Shown here piece by piece: positions 10,995 through 23,999 of a stretch of DNA of 64,000 bases. Location of the stretch: the NCBI GenBank assembly GCA_024704765.1, contig JAKMXF010000332.1, positions 218,619 through 282,618 of the forward strand. Direction: 5' to 3'. Both the position numbers and the translations under genes were made by a program. Below the pieces are notes generated by a model. It worked only from the letters and a program-made list of their open reading frames with translations. It was not told the DNA's origin and searched no databases. How positions within the stretch are numbered: position 1 is the first letter of the stretch; each line of letters begins with the position of its first letter. This DNA comes from Oopsacas minuta (lineage: Eukaryota > Animalia > Porifera).

Positions 10995-13605
10995 CAGGGT
11001 GTTTCATAATTGATGCCCTATTCAGATTTAATATATTTTATAGAATACCCATTAGTACTATTTTACTACAGGAGCATTCAATATATACTAATCACTGTAT
11101 ATTTTTAATGAAATAGCAGTTCTAAGCTAGTATTTCTCAGTGCAATTCTATAGAACCATAATTCAACTTTCTAACAAAACTTAGAGAGAGTTGATCACTT
11201 AATTATTTCCTAAGTTTCAGTTATTTTTAGAAACCTACATTTTCTCCTTTACATTTTTCATGGCTTCTTGTCCAAATTTTCGGAACTTGAACAACGAACG
11301 TACATCAAATTTCGCACCATTCTCGAAATCCCTCCAGTCTATTCATAACGAGTTGGCAACGATATGTGGAGAAGATACTTTATCGTATTCAACTGTCAGA
11401 AGGTGGGTGAGCCTATTTAGGGAAGGTAGGACCTCTGTCCAAGACGCCCCCCGTCCTGGAGCACCAAAACTGGTGACCAACAATGACAAATTGAGTGAAG
11501 TAAAGGAATATGTCGAGTCTTTTCCGCATTCTTCGGTTGAGGAGGTAGCTAACTATGTTGGCATTTCAACGAGAAGTGCACACACAATTCTGAAGGCGGA
11601 TTTAGAACTGAGGAAGATCCAAGTGCGATGGATACCACATTGCTTAACTTTTCCACAAAAGGCCGCGAGACTCCAAATGGCTAAGGAAAACCTTGAAATT
11701 TATGAAGGAAGTGACCCTAGGCGGTTATTAGAGATAGTGACAGGAGATGAAACATGGATACAATTCAAACCACCGATCAGAAAGCAAGATGGCAGGGTAT
11801 GGCTAAAGAAGGGAAAGGTACCCCCAGCTGTTTATGTATCCGACTTCCGTGCCCCGAAGGTCTTGTACTGCATATTTTTCGATGGCCTAGGTCCTGTAGC
11901 CCAAATCCCTGTTCCCAAAGGTGAGACACTCACAGGACAATTTTACGCAGATGTGGTGTTGCCTGAGGTCGAAAAACATTATCTTAAGCGTCGTCCAAAG
12001 ACTGGAACTCGTGGTCTCAAAATTTTGCACGATAATGCTAGACCGCATAAATCTTTGGCTGTAAGGCAAAAAATTAAAGATATGGGTATGCACGAAGTTC
12101 CACATCCACCTTACTCCCCTGATATAGCCCCATGTGACTTCTGGCTGTTAGAAAACTCAAAGATTACCTCTCCGGACGTGAATTTGAGGATCGGCTCAGC
12201 CTCGGTCGGGCAATTTACAGATACCTTGAAGTCATTCCCAAGGATGAGTACAGAAAGACATTTGAAAATTGGATTAAAAGGCTAAATTCAGTTGTAGCGT
12301 ATAAAGGAGACTACTTTGAACATTCATAGCAAAAATTACCAACTTTACACAAGTATCTATAGTTTTAGATGGTATGATTAGTATTTATTGAATGCCCCTG
12401 TAGTTGGACTATTCAGCATATATCTCCATAATATGACTGCGTAGTAGCTTTTTACGTATCTTATGGTCAAAGAACAGACTATTCAAACTCGTAATCGAGC
12501 AATTGGCATGTTGTAGGGTGGGTTGACCCAGAAATCGGTTGCTCAACAGATTGGAGTTAATATCCGAACAGTTCGTCGTTGGTGGTTGTGCTTTCTTGGA
12601 GGTCAGTCGCTCAAAAACAAATGGGGTCGTGGCCGAAAAACATCCGTCCCAATCCCAGCAAAATTAGTCATCACTAAGTCGACCCATAAAAGACACCAAT
12701 CAACCAGATCCATCTCTCGGAAGTTGAAATCCAAGCGATATTCAATCTCATACAACACCGTATATCGTTATTTACGGGATACCCTTAACTTCAAGGCATA
12801 TAAACGCCAGCAGCAACCCAAATTAACGGACAAACAGAAAGAAAACCGATTGAAATTCTGTAAAGCACGTAAAGATTGGACAACAGAGGAATGGAAAAGG
12901 GTTATTTTCTCTGATGAATGCCCCTTTGAACTGATCCATGCACCAAATCGGCAGAATGATCGAATTTGGGCACCTGACAAGTCAAATGTTCAACTAGTAG
13001 AACTGGTGAAACACCCACCTAAAATACAGGTGTGGGGGATGATCTCTTACCAAGTTGTCTCCGATTTGCACATGATAGATCCTGGACAAACAATAACTGG
13101 AGATTACTATGTGAACGAAATTATGAAGAAGACTCTTTGTGTCACATATAAAAGAAAACGAAAAACTGGATCGACTATCCAGAGAAAGATAGTGCACAAC
13201 ATGTCTCATTCAATTTTCCAACAAGACGGTGCACCAGCCCATCACTCAAAAAAGTCTCAAGAATGGTTAAAAAATTATCTGCCTTCGTTCTGGGAGAAAG
13301 GTATTTGGCCTGGCAACTCGCCAGATCTTAATCCGATAGAAAATGTATGGGCAATAATGAAAAGTGACATGGATACTATGGCTCTTCCCAACAATCTGAA
13401 AAATGCTTGAAAATAACATAAAACTGGCCTGGTCGAGACTTTCGCGTGATACTTTAGAGTCATTATATAATGGGATGCCAAATAGAGTCAAAAAGTGCAT
13501 CAAACTACATGGTGGTTACATTACAAAGTGAATTATTTGATTGCTAGCTATTAGTGCTGCGTTAATTCATTGTGTATGATAGGGCATCAATTATGAAACA
13601 CCCTG
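10995..13605 (+). mobile_element. Tc1-like DD37E element inserted at TA; transposase pseudogene at about 12463-13510
   Basis: TIR CAGGGTGTTTCATAATTGATGCCCTA at both ends, flanked by TA. Motifs are FSDE, FQQDGAPAH and NSPDLNPIE, with 37 residues between the second D and the E. Premature stops are present. Confidence 0.92.
11069..12400 (+). mobile_element. mariner (DD34D) element; transposase ORF 11260-12285, frameshifted near both ends
   Basis: TIRs are CAGGAGCATTCAATATATACTAATCA and TGATTAGTATTTATTGAATGCCCCTG, flanked by TA. Motifs are WIPHCL, TGDETW, LHDNARPH and YSPDIAPCD (D34D). Confidence 0.93.
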
Positions 13606-14647
13606 TATATCCACCTTTGTTTTGAATAACTTTTGATAATCTATCAGGTAGGGCCTCTACAACAGCACGGAGTACCTCTTGTGGTATCTTTACCCATTCC
13701 TCTCTCAACTTTGATTTTAAAGCCTCGACAGTTTTGTGAGAGTTAGTCAAAGTCTAGTTTCAAGAATGAACCATTTGGAATAGTCCATTGGGTTGAGGTC
13801 TGAGCTATAGGGTGACCATTGTTCTTTCTCAATAAAGTGTGGAACATCTTATGGAGCCAGCTTTGAGTGACATTTGATGTGTGGGCTGGTGCCCATCTTG
13901 CTGGAATATATGCTGCTCACCATTAAGCATGTTTCCACTACGGTTCTTTACTACGGGCTCTAAAATTAGGCTATAGTATGTCGTGAAGTTCATTTTCACC
14001 CCTGATGGAACAAATATCAGAGGCGTCTGACCCACAGCTAATATTCCGGCCCAAACAATTACTGAGAGTAGAATTTGAACTCGAGGAACGTACTTTAGTG
14101 CTGGATCAATAGAAGAAGCCTTGTCATATATGATCTTCTCGTTCTGAGGGTTCAACACCTCAATTGTGAAAATATTTTCATCAGAGAATACAATCTTTTC
14201 CAAGGTTTTGGGTAACCTGACTACGGAGTTTTCCTTTGCATCTCTCTAGCCTCTTCGCATTTACATGTTCAGTTAGGAAGTGAATTTTCCTTCGTTTGAA
14301 TGAATGCATTCCAAAGTCGATATTAACAACTTTCCGGACCGAAGACTTGGAGACTTTAAGATCCTTGGCCATTCTTCTCATCGAACGCCGGGATTCCTAC
14401 GAATGCGTTCATGAATAACCTTTCGGAGTGTTCGAGTTGTTACTGAACGTGGCCGACCACTTCTCACCCTGTCTGCAACACATCCAATTTCCTCGTATCT
14501 ACGAATATTACTGTAAACGAACTTTCGCCTACTATTAGGAAAATTTACGAGCCTCTAAATTTCTTCTGACTCTTTCCATTTTGAATAATTCAACAATAGC
14601 TGACCTTTCCAGTTCTATCGAGTGAAAATGGAATAACTTCAATAATA

Positions 14648-16027
14648 CAGTCTGTCAACTTGAAATTGGGAAAATCTTTTCCGATGTTAGAATGTTCCTA
14701 ATTGCATTTTCAAATTGGTTATCGTAATAATATTGATAGTTTGTGTTTTCAACTATTTCTAGTCATTTCTTAACCAACTGAACTTCTCTAGCTGACTGCG
14801 GTTACAAAATATTTCAATTTATACTTAGTTACTAATCAAATATTCTATATAAACATTTATCACTTGAATTTCTCGCGACACTTCTATTTCTTCGCTAATA
14901 ATTCTTTACTTTCATCAATTCGAAACCTTAAAATGAACGAGCAAGAACAGTGCAACAATATCAAGATACTTTTCGGCACATGAATCACGAATTGTATGGA
15001 ATTATCTCGAAGAACTGGAGTTCCAAATGGTACAGTTTATCGCACTGTTTACAAATTGAGGAATGCTGAATCCGTTGATAGAAAGATTGGTTCCGAGAAA
15101 CAGCGTCAGATCAAAGCAAATAACGCTAGATCACTTGTTAGTTTGGCAATCAACAATCCTAGGTTATCTGTGAGGAAGTTGACTTGCAAATTTAACAAAA
15201 GGCGAGGTCTATCGTCCTCACACGAGGCTGTAAGGATTGAGATGAAGCGGCGTGGCTTCACCCGCAAGGTTGCTAGAAAGATTCCGATGCTTACACAAAC
15301 CCATAAGGCTTATCGTGTCGATTGGGCTAAGTCTAACAGATGTAGAGATTGGGAGAAAGTTATTTAGCAATGAGATGTCCATTTGGCTAGCTGGTGGCAG
15401 AGTATGTGTCTGGTGTAAAGGTGATTCGAAACCAGTAAAACCGAGTACGAAACACTCTCCTAAATTGCATGTTTGGGAACGTTTTCAGCACGTGGAACGT
15501 TTCCTAACAAGGTTTTCAGAGAAAATCTCACCGGGCGACTTTATTGCGACATTCTGCACGAATGTTTAGTAGAACAAGCAAGTGTCTTGTACCCTGATGG
15601 ATGGGTTTGCCAGGAAGACAACGATCCCAAACACACGTGCAACCTTGCTAAAGGATACATGGAGGAGAAAGGGATACATAGGATGGATTGGCCTGCTTCT
15701 AGTCCGGATTTGAATCAGATCGAGAACCTCTGGTCGTGGATCAAGAGTGAAATCGATATGAAGTCACCACGAAATTTAAATGAGCTGGAAAGGGAGCTAA
15801 ATGAAGTATGGAATCCTTTAGAACATGAATTTTACGTCCATTTTGGTCATCGATGCCAAAAAGAGTCAAATTAGTACGGAAAAGTAACGGAAATAAGATA
15901 AATTATTAGGCCTACTATATTATTGATTGTTTAAGGATTCTAATAACATATTTAGAATAGAAATACACTAAATGTACTTGTAACTAGGGAAAAACAAAGA
16001 TCTTCCCAATTTCAAGTTGACAGACTG
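14648..16027 (+). mobile_element. Tc1 (DD34E) element; fragmented transposase at about 14933-15905
   Basis: 25-bp TIR CAGTCTGTCAACTTGAAATTGGGAA, flanked by TA. QEDNDPKH...WPASSPDLNQIE gives D34E spacing. Confidence 0.92.
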
Positions 16028-16770
16028 TAAATGTATTATGAGAAGTAGAAATATCAACTAGACGATATAGTAATGTAGATATCAAAAAATATGAATAAGG
16101 ATAATCAATAAGTATGCAAGAATTCATCTTGAAGTTATGGGACAGGACTTAAAACGCACCGTGCATATACACTACTCAAATACAAATACTTGCACACCAC
16201 TCAATATACTATTCTATATCCAGGCGATACAGCGAATATTTGAATACGCATACTATACCTGAAAAGTGGCGTCACGAACATAAGACAAGGATGGATAAAA
16301 GATGAACACCTTTCCTCTGTCCGAAATGTTTTCCATTCGTACACACAATGTCCTAAAAGTCAACACCTCTATGTTGACACATTGGCTGTTCCCCATTGTT
16401 TCTTCCCGAATGTTTTACGAGTGTGAAGTTTTCAGACTAATCCGCTGGGATAATTTCGGTCTCGAATTTAACTCACTTATACTCATCAGATTTAGACGAA
16501 ATTAGTATCATTCGAAAGAGGAGAGTTGCACGTTTACACTTTATGTTTTGTTTGAGAAAAATTTACTTATATTTACTTTTTTGGTTAGAATTTTTCGAGC
16601 CACGACTCCCTCAAATTCCCTAATTACAAGTCAAAATTAGATTCTGAAATCCTCAATATAGAATTTTTAGATCAATTCTTTAAGTTATTTCTCATCAGAA
16701 CCTCTTCAAATTTGTAGATTCCTTCTGTCAATTACCCTAAAGACAGTAGACTGTTTTCAGTACTTTTATT

Positions 16771-19670
16771 TACGAGCGTGAAGTTGGCTAAATATTCGAC
16801 CGGCAGTACTTCAGCCATTAACTTGGCTAACTTTCCATGGTTCGAATGTAGACATTTCTGGACCATTCGGAAGAAGAGATACAGACGTTTCTGAAAATGA
16901 ATTTATATTTCATAAACTTTTATCATTTCTAATAGAAATTGGTGCATACAACCCGCAGTAGTTCACATATGAATCTAGTATACTTGACCAATTATTTTTT
17001 CCTGAAATCAAGGGCGTAGATTCCTGCTGCATGGAATTTCTGTGTTTAAAGTATTACGCTCAAATAGTCATAACTTTTTGAGATATTACGTAGGTTTGAA
17101 AACTGTCTTGTTTGAGTCAAGTCTCTATTAGATTTGTACTAAGCACACAAATTTAATGAAACATTCTAATCCATTCTAACTATAGTAACGCATAACAGAT
17201 TACTGAAATATCAACTGTTTGATCTCAGTTGACTCATTATGAATTGTTCAACGAATTATAGAATTTTCAAAGTAATTTGTTATGTCATAGTATTTGGTGT
17301 CCATATATTCCTAAATTGATTAAGTACACCGTGTCTAATAAGTTCTGTCCTCATATTTCACATCTCATTGTATAGTTACTTGTGAACACCAAGAAGTTTT
17401 AGATGCATAATTTGTAACATTTTTTCTGCTCTTTCTAGCGATATAATAGGCTTCTACATAATATTGTTTGCACTTGCGAAAATAATGACTGAAAAAATTA
17501 GATCCAAATTTATCGCATATTTCGAAACAGGTAGTTCAAAAAGGGAAATTTTTCAAAAGCTAAAAAATGGAAGGGTTTCACCTAAGTTACTATATCGTAC
17601 CGTAAAACGATATAAGGATACTGGAAGCTTGAGTGACAAACCTACGTAGATCCGGTCGTCCAAGGCCTGTAAGGATTCCAGCCTTGAAAAAAAGTCCGCT
17701 GCCGAATTTCTCGGAATCCCCGGAGATCCATCAGAAAATGGCCCGTGAGTTATCGGTTAACCATGAAACGATGAAAAAGCTAGTAGTTGAGGATCTATGG
17801 CTAAGGTCTTTTACAAGAAAGAAGGTACACCACCTTAACCCGAGTATTCAGACGAAGAAGCTGGTAATATCGAAAGCACTTCTTCAGCGGTTCGTCCTGG
17901 GGCCCAAGACCAGAAGGTCTTCTCAGGTGATAATTTTCACGGGTAAAGAGGCTTGTAACAGACTGAATGATCGGATTCTTGCTACCAGTTCTACAAACAA
18001 TCCCAGAAAACCTGAAATACATCGATAGAGTGCAGAAGCCATTGTCAGTGATGGCCTGGGGTGGTGAGTCCACAAATGCACGGACTAATCTGATTTTTGT
18101 CCGTCAAGGGGTCAAAATCAACTCAGCAACATACTAAGAATTGATATTGGAACAGGAGATCAGTGTAGCTGGACAAAATCTATCTAGAAATAACACTTGG
18201 ATCCTTCAACAGTATTCTGCCCCTGTTCATGGACCCCCAAAAGCACTCAAGACTGGTTAAGGGAAAGAAACATCGAGTTTATTAGCAAAGACGAATGGTC
18301 CCCCATCTAGTCCAGATTTTAATCCGCTCGATCATAGTGTCTGGGCAAATCTGAAAGCAAGTGCCTGTGCTAAACCTCACAAGAGTTTAGACTCTATGAA
18401 GCTCTCCCTTTAGCGTGAATGGCAGAAAATACCACAAGATGAGCTGCGAAATGCAGTAGGGAACTTTAGGATGCAGCTATAGGCTGTAATTTCTCAAAAG
18501 GGAGGATATATTGAGTAAACACTTTACTAAACAATTTATGACAAAATATTTTGTTAGTTTGTAAGATATCAACCAAATTTGTTAAATATAGAAAATATCG
18601 CTTATTAGACACCCTGTATATTCAATGTCTGAAATATCGAGTAGAAATGGATAATTCAGAGTTATTTGCTAAACTTCGGTGAATTTATCAAGTAAGGTTA
18701 GATGTACCCTAAAATAATTTTAATAGATACATATTCATATGATGATTTTCCCATACGAATCACTGTTGCTGAAAGTAAACCTCTGGAAATAGTCCTTTGG
18801 AATTTGTATCAATATTATCTTATATTTCATCCATTCATTGACAAACTCTTTTATTTTTATCACTTTCATCAAAAAATCTTTCATGACTCTACAAATCCAA
18901 ACTCTTACACAAGTCTTATTGACTTAGGTTTGTTTTCTATTTTCAATATACAGTATTTCCCGATTAGTACGCCGGGACGATTATATATTTCGAGGTCCCT
19001 TCAGGGAGGCGCTTATTCGAAAAGGGATACTTTCTATTCGAGGATAAAGGTATCTAAATTCTGCCTTATTTACCAAAGATTGTATTATTTAAATTTCGAA
19101 TTATACTTTCGTTTCGACCTTCTTTCAATGGAACCAAATAGTTTCATTGCTTCAAGTGAATCAATATTTCAAAATGTAACTTCATTCTTTCTATTTAAAT
19201 TATTTCCGTCTCATCGGAATGCGTGGTAGATGTGTAGTAATCGATTGCTATAACAAAGTAAGATTTATCTTGACCCCTTTTCTGTTGAGTACGACGCATG
19301 TAGTATATCTATGTTCCTTTTATAGTTCCACGAAAGCTTCAGCTGTTACTTTTTTATATTGAGCCCACTTTCAATTCATACAAAGAGGTTGTGAGTTCAC
19401 TTTCTGTTGACCCTAGCCTTAGCGATTCTATTGGAGCATTATTTGTAAAAAACTACATTGCCGAAATAATCTGGCTCAACGAAAATCTATTTATTTGAAA
19501 TGGAACAATAATTACACAATATCCGTGTATTATTCGAGGGAGTAATCCCTTTATCAATCTCACCCCAGCAATCTATAGATTTCATACCGTTAAATCGCTT
19601 TCTCCATTTCCACCATCTCTACAGAGTGCAACAAAATCATTGATTGTAAATTATAGTCTCGACTGAAGGC
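16771..19670 (+). repeat. Diverged, internally truncated second copy of the left end and interior of the Foldback/NOF element
   Basis: Colinear with 25338-26826 plus 29086-29200 (starts acgagcgtgaagttggctaaatattcgac). Interrupted by the maT element at 17327-18616. Confidence 0.88.
17327..18616 (+). mobile_element. Degenerate maT (DD37D) element
   Basis: Ends are CACCGTGTCTAATAAG and CTTATTAGACACCCTG, flanked by TA. Fragments include RSGRPRPVR, QKPLSVMAWG and WSPSSPDFNPLDH. Confidence 0.85.
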
Positions 19671-19739
19671 TTTGTAGGAAATTCTCACTTTATATAAGCT
19701 GTGATTGTATTTTGGTTATAAGAACATCCTCTGGCACTA

Positions 19740-19908
19740 CAGTAGACTATGCTGAATAGGGCTACCGTTTAATCGGGTCACTTGACGAGATACAGAACCA
19801 TACAAATAGTGTTAAATAACTCTGGTTAATCGGGCCAACGCCTTTATTCCGCTTAATCGGGTCAAAATGGACAGGTATCAATGTGATCGCATTAAGCGGA
19901 GTCTACTT
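19740..19908. mobile_element. pogo/Tigger-type MITE
   Basis: TA|CAGTAGACTATGCTGAAT at the left end and ATTAAGCGGAGTCTACT at the right. Internal repeats of TTAATCGGG(T/C)CA. Confidence 0.6.
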
Positions 19909-20888
19909 ATATTTACATAGGCACCAAGTTTGGGTACCTTGGGGGTTCTGAAGTCTCTGACTCCCCAGGCTTTGAAGTTGAGACAGTATTCATGTGAAAT
20001 TTACATAGAAGTCCTAGTAATTTCGTAATGTAACCTTCCAGGTTTAATTTAGTTTCTAAATATGGGTGCCAATGTCTATATATGAAGTTAACATAATTTG
20101 CATGTGTTTAAAACTGTTGCTCTTATATCAGGCCTGGAGGAACAGATTTTGAAGTGGTCCAGTTAACAGTAACAAGCCCTAAGAAACTGGTCCAGTTAAA
20201 ATCTCACTTAACATAGCAGTACAAAACTAACAGCACCAAAAGTGGTTAACCCGGACAGCGCCTGCTATATCATGCGCCCACTGTATTCAAGTTTGAAATA
20301 GCAGTAGTTGTTTGTGTCCTATTGTACGTATATTTGAAATTCCTGGAGGGCGTAGTGAGTGTAGGTACAGTTTGGCATATAGGGTAACAACAAACCGCCC
20401 ACCTGTTGAATCTCTATTAAAACCCTGTTTATTTGAGGCCCTGTACTACTTATATATATTTATCAAGTAGATTCAGGCATACTCCTGCTGTCCTAATCTT
20501 CGGTTATGTATTTCTATATCTGATTCCTTATATATAGCTTAGCTATAATACATTTTTAATAATAATACAAAAACATAATGGCCTCATTCGAAATGGTGAC
20601 TTTCATTAATCCGAAAAAATGAAATATCCTTGATGTTAGAAAAGCTGATACAAAATACTGTACTTAGTATAGCTATCTATAAGCTATTTGTTTCTTTCTC
20701 TGCAGCTTCTATATTTACCGATATTAGCTTACTCATTATGCACCTATCGATGGGGTCTCAAAGTCCTTCTATCGGGTTCTGGCATTAAGTGAGGATTTAT
20801 GGGGGATTTAACCCCAAATTGTGCGAGCATAGGATATCTAGACTTATAACATTACATAAGTAAAGATAATTTTCTCCCTAGTAACCTA

Positions 20889-22215
20889 CAGGGTGTTAAG
20901 AAATTGATGTCCCATTTTATAACCGCCGCTATTCTCTAGTTTAATCCAAATATATATGGTATTACTTTCCTATGTAATCTCCATGCAGTTTAGACATTTT
21001 CTAATTCGACCAGGCATCCTAGCTATGAGTCTTTCTAGTGTCTCCGGTGAGATTTCTTTCCAGGCCAAATTTAACTGTTTTTCTAAGACTTTTAAGTTGG
21101 TTACGCGCTCCATTGCATCCAGCTTGGTTTGCAAAGTAGCCCAGAGGTTTTCGATAGGATTTAAGTCTGGTGAGTTCGGAGGACATATTTCTTTTGTCCA
21201 AAAACCTGCCATATTGTTTTTCAACCACTCCTGGCTTCTTTTAGAATTATGTGCCGGGGGCTCCATCTTGTTGAAAAATTGCTTGGGACCTATCTGGCAA
21301 CAATTTTCTCTCTGGGATCGTCCCTGAATCTCTCGTTCGAAGTAAGCTGGATGTTAGAGACTGTTTCAATATGACTTCCACATAATAGTCTGATGTCACA
21401 GTTTGTCTTTCGGGATTATATGAAGGTCTGAGAGTCCTTGGGATGACATCACACCGCATACCATGATTTTTCCAGGATATTTGACTTTTTCAGTGGGAGG
21501 GACATCAACCTTGGATTTCGCCCACACACGGTCGTTTTGCTTATTCGGAATGTGGAATAGCTCAAAAGAGGACTCATCTAAGAATATGACTCTTTTCCAG
21601 GTGTTAATTGACCAATCCTTCCTCTCATTGCAGAATTTTAGTCGAACTGTCCTCTGTTTTTCTGTCAATTTTGGTTGAACCTGCGGTTTGTAGGATCGAA
21701 CATTGAGATTTTACGCAAGTACGAGTGTCATAAGAGATAGAAAACCCCTTAGATTGGAGATTCTTGGAGATATATCGTGTAGACTTCATCTTTTTAGCGA
21801 TGGCCTTAGCAATTACCACTTTAGGTACCATAGTGATGGACGTTTTTCCTTCTACGGCCCTTCATGTTCTGTAGAGACTCACCGGCCTTGAACCTCAGTA
21901 ACCAGCGTCGAATGGTACGGGTAGATACACCTACAAGTTTAGCAACCTGATGAATCAATATACACGCTTCTATAAAGGAAACTGCACGTATACGGGTGTT
22001 TGGAGTGCTTCTTTAACAATATCAATTTCTAGTATATTATAGATAGGAATATTTGAAAAATTGTGTATTTTGAGTAGAAAGAATTTTGGAAATTAACTGA
22101 AATTTAATAACTAAGGTAATTTTGAGTATGATTATAGAGTTAAAACATGATTCATTAAGTGAAATTGTGGTTCTATTTCATTACCAAAAGGGGACATCAA
22201 TTTCTTAACACCCTG
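20889..22215 (-). mobile_element. Tc1-like DD37E element (relative of 10995-13605), pseudogenised
   Basis: 25-bp perfect TIR CAGGGTGTTAAGAAATTGATGTCCC, flanked by TA. Fragments include VIFLDESSF, IFQQDGAP and NSPDLNPIE. Confidence 0.92.
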
Positions 22216-22469
22216 TACATAAGAGATAAGACAGGGTATTTGACATTTGAAATGTCCCAAGGGGTGTGAAATTTGAAAAATCTTCGTATCAATTAATGGA
22301 CAAACGATAGAAATAGACTTTGATTACATTAAAATTGAAGATAAAAATCTAACCAGAATATATATGTGAATCCTTATAGTTTCATAACTTCTGCTGCATA
22401 CTGAGAGGTACATAACAACTAAATGCATCAACTCGTAACTCTACAAATTAAGACTATACAAGGATTATA

Positions 22470-22850
22470 TAATCTAATAATTTGATTATTCATTTCTACT
22501 CGAAATTTCAAACATTTATTATGTTTAATCTATTTTGGAATAGACACCAAATACTATGACATAATCAAAATACTTAGCATATTCTATAATTCATTGAGTA
22601 ATTCCTAATGAGTCAACTAAGATCAAACAGTTGATATTGCAGTAATCTGTTATGCGTTACTATTGTTACAATGGATCAGAAGGTTTCATTAAATTTGTGT
22701 GCTTAGTACAAATCTAATAGAGACTCGACTTCAACAAGACCGCTTTAAAACCTAATTATCTCAGAATGTTCAACTATTTGAACTTAATATTTTAAACACA
22801 TAAATTCCATGCCCATGATTTCAGAAAAAATATGATTACGTAACTTAATA
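22470..22850 (-). repeat. Inverted partial copy of the Foldback/NOF left arm
   Basis: Reverse complement of about 25560-25930 and of about 17000-17325, e.g. 'gtgcttagtacaaatctaatagagactcga'. Confidence 0.8.
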
Positions 22851-23238
22851 TGCTTATTGTAGCATAGTGATATCCTCCTTTGTTTAGATTTTTGCTCTTC
22901 TTTGGTATTTTTGCATTTATTGATGTATTTGGTGTTTCATATTCTTCTCTTATTTTCATTGTTTCAATTTTTTCTGAATTGTCTTTTCTGATATTCTTTC
23001 ATATTAGATTTCACTGTGAGGGGGCATGATTTTTCTCAAATTGTGGCGTGCTCGTATTGGCTTGCACTCTCTAATAATCGTATGCCCAAACTTCGCTGGA
23101 ATATCTTTTGACTCTCTGGCTCTGTCTATTGCAACTTCATCTGACCTACTGTCTGCTCTTTGTGCTTGTGTGACTCTTCTCCACATTTGCATCATTGAGA
23201 TCAATCAGGATCGATCACACTAACTCAAAATACGAATC

Positions 23239-23681
23239 CAGGGTGGGCAAACTACAGCCCCCGGGCCTGGTCCAGTTCGCCTTGCTTAAATTTTCTGACT
23301 GCTCTAATTATTTGATCACTGTCTTACTCTTCCTTCGCATTCGGAATTTTTGTCCCATTGAGAATTTTATTAAGTGATCTAGGAGATGTATAAATGACAC
23401 AAAGTGAACCTTCCGCGATACCTTCCTGACCTATCAATGAATTTGTTCTAGTTTTTATTCCTAATCCTGTCTTGGTACTGCTTTGAAATTACAAGAATCA
23501 GCTGCATTGCTCTCATTAACAATATTAGTGAAATATTATGTATAATTATTGTTTCCATTACAATTATCTAGGAGAGTTTCTGTAAAAATTAGAACATGGA
23601 AAGTAGTCGTTGGCTAATGCGGCCCGAATCAAAATTTGGAATTAGAATGCAAGCCGCGCAGAAAAATGTATGCCACCCCTG
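23239..23681. mobile_element. hAT (Charlie/MER-type) MITE
   Basis: Ends are CAGGGTGGGCAAACT and GTATGCCACCCCTG, with internal GCGGCCC motifs. No clean TSD is visible. Confidence 0.6.
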
Positions 23682-23999
23682 GGTACTAATCACTAACAAG
23701 GTAATTAATTACTTTAGTTTACTAATGTTCTTCATTCCGTAATTTTGTATATTTATTTAATTGCCCGCATATTTTAGGATTACCTAGGGATATTATCTTA
23801 ATGGTTAGCTTCATGATCTCAACTTTTCGTTTTTTGATGCTTTGATTCACAAGATGTCTGTTAGTGCTAAAACTTCTAAATCTATGCAGAGGATCCATTT
23901 GCAAAAGGGTTCTATTCTTGTAATAAACCTAACAAGGGACAAACTATTTAAAGTGGAACAACAACTCCTGCAACATGAAGTCTATTGTCAGAAGTGGTT

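Larger units (their letters stand above)
10861..16163 (-). mobile_element. maT (DD37D) Tc1/mariner element, outermost member of a nest; transposase pseudogene at about 10985-14630 (interrupted)
   Basis: TIRs are CAGGGTGCGTTTTAAGTCCTGTCC and GGACAGGACTTAAAACGCACCGTG. Minus-strand fragments include IVFSDENIFT, FQQDG and WSPYSSDLNPMDY. The C-terminal ...GYIE* is restored when the 10995-13605 insertion is removed. Confidence 0.88.

Noticed and set aside
18702-19229. 175-aa plus-strand ORF (and its homologue at 26020-26431)
   Set aside because: It is low-complexity (F/Y/I-rich), broken in the paralogous copy, and probably the antisense shadow of a decayed minus-strand gene.
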